The notes beneath the pieces were generated by a model. That model searched no databases, had not been told where the DNA came from, and saw nothing but the letters and a program-made list of their open reading frames with translations. DNA of 64,000 bases, from assembly GCA_965226375.1 (NCBI GenBank), contig CBDDCX010000007.1, forward strand, positions 192,001 through 256,000. Reading direction: 5' to 3'. This DNA is from Longimicrobiales bacterium (GTDB lineage Bacteria > Gemmatimonadota > Gemmatimonadetes > Longimicrobiales > Gaopeijiaceae). Of this stretch, positions 58,025 through 64,000 are shown in pieces. The position numbers and the translations under genes were made by a program. Position 1 is the first letter of the stretch; each line of letters starts with the position of its first letter.

Positions 58025-58915
58025 ATGTCCGTAGTCCCGATTGACGTGATGCATCTCGGTCGCTCGGGCACGATCACCTCGTACTGGATCGACGGGCCCG
58101 AACCGGCCTTGGTGGATCCAGGACCGAGTACGTCGCTCGAAGGGCTGGAGGCGGGACTCCAAGAGCAGGGCCTCGGGTTCGCCGATCTGCGCCATCTACT
58201 TCTCACGCACGTTCACCTCGACCACGCGGGCGGCGCCGGGCACCTGGTCGAGCGGTTTCCCAACGTCCAGGTTCACGTCCAGGTGGACGCGGCGCCGCAC
58301 ATGGCGGATCCGGAGCGGCTCGTGTCGAGCACCAGACGAACCTTTGGGGACAGGCACGACCGCCTCTGGGGTGATGTGCTTCCGGTTCCCAAGGACCGCA
58401 TTCGTGCGTGGGAGCCGTCCACGCGTTTGTCGGTACCAGGAGTGCGAGTGTTTTCGACACCCGGCCATATCGCGCATCATGTTTCATACTTGGCCGAGGA
58501 CGACGGGATCCTCCTGGCGGGCGACGCTATGGGTGTCATTCTGGCTCCCGGCGCACCGACACATCCTTCGGGGCCGCCACCCGCGGTGAGCGTACCCGCG
58601 TGGCTCGAGACCTTGGAAGCGATCGAGCCGATCGACCCCGACCTCTTCGGCCCGACACACTCCGGGTTGCACGGGGACTTCACGGGACGTGTGGCGCAGT
58701 TGCGAGAGCGTCTCTTGGCGCTCCGTGACCGGGTACAGGAGGCCATCGAGGCCGGAGATGACAGCGATCGTGCGGTCTTCGAGTCCGAGGTGCGCGATGA
58801 GCTCGCCCAATTCCGTCCGAGAGAAGAGGTCGACGACTACTTCGATGCCTTCAACCCGACCATGGACTGGGACGGCATGAAGCACCACCTGGAACGGGCG
58901 GATCGATCGTCGTAG
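58025..58915 (+). CDS. MBL-fold metallo-hydrolase
   Basis: VDPG, THVHLDHAGG, TPGH, AGDA, PTH; GAGGAG RBS. Confidence 0.9.
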   Translation: MSVVPIDVMHLGRSGTITSYWIDGPEPALVDPGPSTSLEGLEAGLQEQGLGFADLRHLLLTHVHLDHAGGAGHLVERFPNVQVHVQVDAAPHMADPERLVSSTRRTFGDRHDRLWGDVLPVPKDRIRAWEPSTRLSVPGVRVFSTPGHIAHHVSYLAEDDGILLAGDAMGVILAPGAPTHPSGPPPAVSVPAWLETLEAIEPIDPDLFGPTHSGLHGDFTGRVAQLRERLLALRDRVQEAIEAGDDSDRAVFESEVRDELAQFRPREEVDDYFDAFNPTMDWDGMKHHLERADRSS

Positions 58916-58950
58916 GGCTGTGGGCAGGTTGCTGACGGAGGACTCAGCGG

Positions 58951-61900
58951 TCAGCCGAAGTTCTTCACCCCCGGAGGCGACTGCCGGAGTGCCGTCAGAT
59001 ATCGGAACGGCGTTCGGACACTACGCTCCGGCTCGGCCCACCACTCCAGCGCACCCGGCAGGGTAGGGTGGAGATCTTCGGGTTTGGCGGTTTCATTTAT
59101 CCGTACGGCCTTCACGTCGAACGCGATAACGTTCATGGTCAGCCCGTCTTTCTGTAGGCGTCCCCGAACCACGAGGAACGACTCCATACGTACGGTCGTC
59201 CGGCATGTTTCGTAGATCTTCGGCTTCACAATTACGTTTATGGGACCACTCTCATCTTCCATCAGGACAAAGCCATAGCCGTTTGCGGTTGAAGGCCTTT
59301 GACGGGCCACTACGATGCCCGCCACCGTCACGGTGGAGTGGTTCGGAAGGTCCGGGAATCGATCGCCGCTCACGGTTTCGGAAGGAAGCTCGTCCCGGAG
59401 TAGGGCCAGGGGATGGAGATGGGTGGAAAAGCGGAGCATGCGGTACTCCGCCACCATGCGTTCGGTGTCCTCGAGGCCGGGGAACGCGATACGCGCGTAC
59501 GGATCGTCTAGACCCAACTCGGCCTGGGGATGGTCGTCCCGGCCACCGCTCCGCTCCGCATCGTCCTCCGGGCCCAACCAGAGGCCGGCTTGCCACAGGA
59601 GCTGCCTGCGCGTGAGGCCGAAGCTCTCGAAGCCACCCACCCAGATGAGGTTCTCCACCGCAGGTCTCTTCAGGGTCGCAGGCGTCCGCCTCAGGAAGTC
59701 GGACAGGGAGACGAACGGCCCGTTCCGCTCCCGCTCTTCTACGACTCTCTCGGCGATATCGGTGCCCCAACCCCGGACGAAGCCCAGGCCGACCCTCAGG
59801 TCGTTGTCCTCGGCCGTACACTTCACCCGGCTTCGATTCACGTCCGGAAGGCGAATCCCGATTCCGTGGCGTCGGGCGTCCCGGCCAAGGGCGTCCAGGG
59901 AGTAGAAACCCATGGGCTGGTTGTTGAAGAGACCCACGTAGAACTCGGTGCCGTAGTAGTAGCGCAGCCACGCCGACTGGTAGGCCAGAAGGCCGAATGC
60001 CGCAGCGTGGGACTTGGGAAAACCGAATTCGCTGAACGCAGTCACCTGTTGGAAGACCTTCTGGGCCGTGATCTCGTCGACTCCTCGTGCCCGTGCTCCA
60101 TCCCGAAAGTCGTCCCAATGCGAGTCCATGGCTTGCCTGGAACGTTTGCGGCTCATGGAGCGTCGCAGGTTCTCCGCCTTTCCGTCGGAAAACCCCGCCA
60201 GGGCTTGGCAGACCTGGAGAACCTGATCCTGGAAGATGATGACGCCCAGCGTCTCCCCAAGAGCATCTTCGAGGAGGGGATGATCGTACGGGACGCGGAA
60301 GTCGGAATTTTCGCGGAGGAGCTCCCTGCGTCTTACGTACGGGTTGACCGCACCTCCCACGATGGGACCCGGCCGGACGATGGCCACCTGGACGGCCAGG
60401 TCCTCCAGATTCCGGGGCTGGACGCGCCGAAGCATCTGTATCTGAGCCCTGCTCTCCACCTGAAACATGCCGATGGTGTCGCCCGTGCAGATGCGTTCGT
60501 AGACTTCTGGGTCGGCGAAGTCGATGCGGGACAGGTCGGGCGCCTGGCCGTGACGCTCCGAGATGAGGTCCACCGCCTCTTCCACCAGCGACAGCATACC
60601 CAGGGCCAGGAAGTCGATCTTGATGAACCCGGCGTCGTCACAGGAATCCTTGTCCCATTGGCAGAGGACCCGACCCTCCCACGCCGCCGGTTCCAGGGGC
60701 ACGATCTCCACGAGGGGCCGGCTGGAGATGATCATTCCGCCCACGTGCTGGGAGATGTGACGGGGCAGACCCTTGATGTCGTCGGCCAGCTCGCAGAGCG
60801 CCTGCCACGAGGGTGACTCGGCCTTTTCTCGGAATTCCGGCAACCGGCGCAGTTCCTCCATGAGGCCTCCGCCCGAGCGCCGTTCCGCCAGCTTCGAGAG
60901 CTTTTCCAGATCTCCCATGGGAAGGTCCAGGGCTTTGCCGATCTCCCGTAGCGTGAAGCGGATCCGGTACGTGGGGAATGCGCACACCAGGCCGGCGTGC
61001 TCATTCCCGTATCGTTTGTAGACCCGCAGGATCAGCTCTTCACGGATGTCGCGCGGGAAGTCGAGGTCGATGTCCGGGACGCTCCGCATGGCCTCATTCA
61101 GGAAGCGTCCCAGGAAGAGGTTCGTCTTCACCGGGTCCACATGCGACAGCCCGATCAAGTAGCAGATGATGGACGACACCGACGACCCTCGGCCCCGCCC
61201 CGGCGGCAGGCCGGCATTGGCCCGTGGCGCGGTTCCCCGGATGTCGGCGGCCACCTCTCGAGCCAGCTCCATGATATCGCGGTAGACGAGGAAGAAGCCG
61301 CCCAGGCCGTGGAGGTCCACGAGCGCGAGCTCCTGATGAAGTCGGTCCCGGGCTTCGTTCTCCAGCTTCGAACCGCCATAACGCTCGTCCAGCTTAGCCA
61401 GACATACGGCGGCCAGGGTCTCGAGCGCTCCTCCTCGGTCGCTTCCTTCGAAGTCGGGAAACGTGTATCCCAGATCCTTGGTGAGATCGAAGGCGGCGCA
61501 CCGCTCGGCGATCTCGAGGGTGTGGGCCAGGGCGTCGGGCCGGCCCTGGAAGCGGTTCTCCATCTCCTGGGGAGATGCCAGATAAAAGCGCGCGTTGGGG
61601 CGCCTCTGCGCGTGAGATCCGTTCAGTGTGGTCCGGTTCCGGATCGACACGAAGACGTCCTGAAGCCGATGCCGCTCGGGGCTGTGGTAGTGGACGTTGC
61701 CTGTGGCCACCACGGGAATCTCGAGCCGGTCGGCCAAGCGGCCCAGGCTCCGGTTCCGGTAGCCATCCCCCTTCTCCTGGTTGTCCTGGAGCTCCACGAA
61801 GAGCTTCCCGTATCCGAAAGCGCCCTGAAGACGTCGGGCCAGGAGCTCTGCGGTTGCCACGCTGTCCTCGAGGGCGACCAGAAGGGGGCCTTGCCGGCAC

Positions 61901-62349
61901 CCGGTGAGGGCGATGAGACCCTCTGTGCGGGCGAAGAGGGAGGAGAGAGGAAGGGTGGGGCGGCCGCGATCACTCTCCAGATGTGCCTCACTCAGGAGCC
62001 GGCAGAGGTTGGCATACCCGGCCGGGGTCTCGGCCAGGAGGGTCATGTGGCAGCCGCGGACCAGCGCGTCACCGTCCGGGTCGGCGGCATCGAGCCCGTC
62101 CAGGCCCTGGGGGATTCCCGGAATGTCCAGGGCCACGGTGACCTCTGCACCCGTGATGGGCTGGAGTCCTTCGGTGCGGGCCGCCTGGGCGAACTCCATG
62201 GAGCCATAGAGGCCGTTGTGGTCGGTGAGGGCCAGGGCCGGATACCCCACCTCCAGAGCTCTGAAAACCAACTCCTCGGGATGGGAGGCTCCATCCAGGA
62301 AGGAGAAGCCGGAGTGACAGTGAAGCTCGACGTAGGGAGGTGTGGACAC
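58951..62349 (-). CDS. dnaE2: error-prone DNA polymerase DnaE2 (ImuC)
   Basis: YVELHCHSGFSFLDGASHPEELV, PDIDLDF, LPRHISQHVGG, QWDKD..KIDFLALGML, FQVESRAQ, GFPKSHAAAF, NQPMGFY, RQRPSTA. Confidence 0.93.
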   Translation of the reverse strand: MSTPPYVELHCHSGFSFLDGASHPEELVFRALEVGYPALALTDHNGLYGSMEFAQAARTEGLQPITGAEVTVALDIPGIPQGLDGLDAADPDGDALVRGCHMTLLAETPAGYANLCRLLSEAHLESDRGRPTLPLSSLFARTEGLIALTGCRQGPLLVALEDSVATAELLARRLQGAFGYGKLFVELQDNQEKGDGYRNRSLGRLADRLEIPVVATGNVHYHSPERHRLQDVFVSIRNRTTLNGSHAQRRPNARFYLASPQEMENRFQGRPDALAHTLEIAERCAAFDLTKDLGYTFPDFEGSDRGGALETLAAVCLAKLDERYGGSKLENEARDRLHQELALVDLHGLGGFFLVYRDIMELAREVAADIRGTAPRANAGLPPGRGRGSSVSSIICYLIGLSHVDPVKTNLFLGRFLNEAMRSVPDIDLDFPRDIREELILRVYKRYGNEHAGLVCAFPTYRIRFTLREIGKALDLPMGDLEKLSKLAERRSGGGLMEELRRLPEFREKAESPSWQALCELADDIKGLPRHISQHVGGMIISSRPLVEIVPLEPAAWEGRVLCQWDKDSCDDAGFIKIDFLALGMLSLVEEAVDLISERHGQAPDLSRIDFADPEVYERICTGDTIGMFQVESRAQIQMLRRVQPRNLEDLAVQVAIVRPGPIVGGAVNPYVRRRELLRENSDFRVPYDHPLLEDALGETLGVIIFQDQVLQVCQALAGFSDGKAENLRRSMSRKRSRQAMDSHWDDFRDGARARGVDEITAQKVFQQVTAFSEFGFPKSHAAAFGLLAYQSAWLRYYYGTEFYVGLFNNQPMGFYSLDALGRDARRHGIGIRLPDVNRSRVKCTAEDNDLRVGLGFVRGWGTDIAERVVEERERNGPFVSLSDFLRRTPATLKRPAVENLIWVGGFESFGLTRRQLLWQAGLWLGPEDDAERSGGRDDHPQAELGLDDPYARIAFPGLEDTERMVAEYRMLRFSTHLHPLALLRDELPSETVSGDRFPDLPNHSTVTVAGIVVARQRPSTANGYGFVLMEDESGPINVIVKPKIYETCRTTVRMESFLVVRGRLQKDGLTMNVIAFDVKAVRINETAKPEDLHPTLPGALEWWAEPERSVRTPFRYLTALRQSPPGVKNFG

Positions 62350-62375
62350 GGCCTTCGGGTTTTATTTGGGAAAGG

Positions 62376-62409
62376 AACCGAATATAAACCGAAGATAGTC
62401 GGGGTGCAA
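62376..62409 (-). promoter_or_regulatory. dnaE2 promoter with overlapping 11-bp direct-repeat operator
   Basis: TTGCAC-17bp-TATATT on the minus strand; AACCGAATATA AACCGAAGATA at 62376-62397. Confidence 0.7.
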
Positions 62410-62584
62410 CGATAGGGCCGACGGTGGAGCCGATATTGGACGGCTTTCGGGTCGCTTCCTCGTGATGAACCCGAGCGGCCGCACAACTGGGTCATCTGTA
62501 TTCCTTGCTACGTGGCACTGTCCTGGTGCATTTTCCCGTCTGGCATCCCGAGCGTCCGGGTGCACGACCGCCGACCAGAACTCC

Positions 62585-64000
62585 ATGTCCCAGACAAAGC
62601 GTTTTATCCGCGAGATCCACCGCCGCTCGCTATGGCAGGTGTTGTCGATCTATTTGACGGCTTCGTGGATCGCCGTTCAGGTCGTCCAGACCCTGGCGGA
62701 TAGCGCGGGTCTGCCGAGTTGGGTTCCTGCCATGGCTGTCGCCTTGCTGGTGATCGGGTTCCCGATCGTCATGGCCACCGCGTTCATCCAGGAAGGCATC
62801 GGACACGACCACGGCTCCACGGACGAGGAGCCGTCTGTGGAGGATATCAGGTCACGGTCGGCCGCCCGGTGACCCGACAGCTCTTTACCTGGCGGCACGC
62901 GATGGCCGGTGGTGTCGCCGCATTCGCGCTCTGGGGAGTCGTCGCCACGTTCTTGCTGCTGTCGGGCCCGCGTGGAGAGAGTTCCACCGCCGGCGCCGGG
63001 CCGGACCGGCCTGTCATCGCGGTTCTCCCCTTCACCAGCGGTGGCTCTGAAGAGGACTCGAAGACACTCAGCCTGGGGTTGCACGACGACCTTCTCACGC
63101 GACTGTCCAAGATCAAGGCGCTCCGCGTGATCTCGCGAACGTCGATGATGCAGTATCAGGAGACGACAAAGGATATCCGCGCCATCGGGCGGGAGCTCGG
63201 TGCTGCTGCGATCCTCGAGGGAAGCGTGCTCGCGGTTGGTGACCAGGTAAGAGTGAATGCGCAGCTCATCGACGCGTCGACGGACGAGCACCTGTGGGCC
63301 GACAACTACCAGATGGCGTACACGCTCAAGAACATCTTCGACCTTCAACGCGAGATCGCGGAGCGAATTGCCGAAGCCTTGAGCGCGACTCTGCTTCCCG
63401 ACGAGAAGACCGAGTTGGCGGCGGTTCCGACCGAGGACCTGGACGCCTACAACTTTTTCCTGAGAGGTAACCGCTACTTCGACGCAGGTCCGCGCTCGGA
63501 CGACTTCACTGTGTCGTTCCAGATGTACGAACAGGCGATCGAGCTCGATCCGGAGTTCACGGATGCCTACGTGCGGCTCGCGCTGGCCCGAAGCGAACGC
63601 TGCCAGAACCGCGGCACCTGCTTCCGTCCAGAGAATCGGATAGCCATCCTCGAGGCGGCTTCAAGGGCGCTATCGCTGGCGCCTGATCTGCCCCAGGCGA
63701 TGGTGGCGATGGGGTACTACCACTACGCCGTCGAGCGTGACTTCGAGAAGGCGCTCGACTATGGATTGCGAGCGGAGGAGGATGGTCTGGGTGATGCCGA
63801 GGTGCATCACCTGTTGGGAGCCGTGAAGCGTCGGATGGATGATTTCGAGGGCTCGATCGAGAGCTTCGCTGAGGCAGCGCGCCTCGATCCGCTTTCCGGG
63901 CACTTCCTGGAAGACCTCGGTCATACGTCGCTGTACGTACGCCTCTTCGAAGAAGCGGAGGAGATCCTCCGCAGGGCGATTGCGTTGGCGCCGAACGAGC
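62585..64000 (+). CDS. membrane protein with TolB-like N-terminal and TPR domains (apparent frameshift at ~62865; runs off the window)
   Basis: EIHRRSLWQVL plus 2 TMs; the shifted frame gives LFTWRHA..IAVLPF..GLHDDLLTRLSKI..RVISRTS..VRVNAQLIDA..HLWA and TPR-like repeats. Confidence 0.8.

Noticed and set aside
62515..62530. TGGCAC upstream of the TPR gene (and near 24458) as sigma54 promoters
   Set aside because: No TTGC-like -12 element at the required spacing.

Overview
GC-rich bacterial chromosome segment containing the replication origin. The lineage is probably Gemmatimonadota; this is inferred from its characteristic Ser/Thr-kinase and TolB-like/TPR paralog families and was not checked by search. 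The core genes are lipA-pdhA-pdhB-pdhC; parA-parB-M23-bactofilin with two perfect parS sites; mnmG-acyP-mnmE-yidC-yidD-rnpA-rpmH; dnaA-[oriC with DnaA boxes, DnaA-trios and AT-rich DUE]-dnaN; pyrE; class I fba; gltA; and a stand-alone dnaE2. There are two mobile regions. The first is a three-layer IS nest (IS256 containing an IS481 fragment and an IS1595) that splits an outer-membrane protein gene. The second is a ~6 kb decayed integrative element at tRNA-Leu(CAA), bounded by a 56-bp att repeat and carrying a second, inverted copy of the same IS1595. The stretch from 36 to 43 kb is a patchwork of truncated genes and paralog relics. The most novel-looking signal is an unannotated ~170-nt transcription unit at 46035-46205 (-). 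It has a sigma54-type promoter architecture (tandem UAS-like palindromes, an IHF-like site, a -24/-12 box), repeated GAUG/GGA motifs including a five-Met mini-ORF, and a strong terminator. Other notable signals are a candidate SOS-type operator on the dnaE2 promoter, paired BlaI operators, a start-codon VNTR forming a mini-ORF chain before pdhB, and phased 11-bp repeats before gltA. Several 1-bp deletions in short G/C runs may be sequencing errors. All coordinates were read by hand, and product calls rest on motif recognition only.
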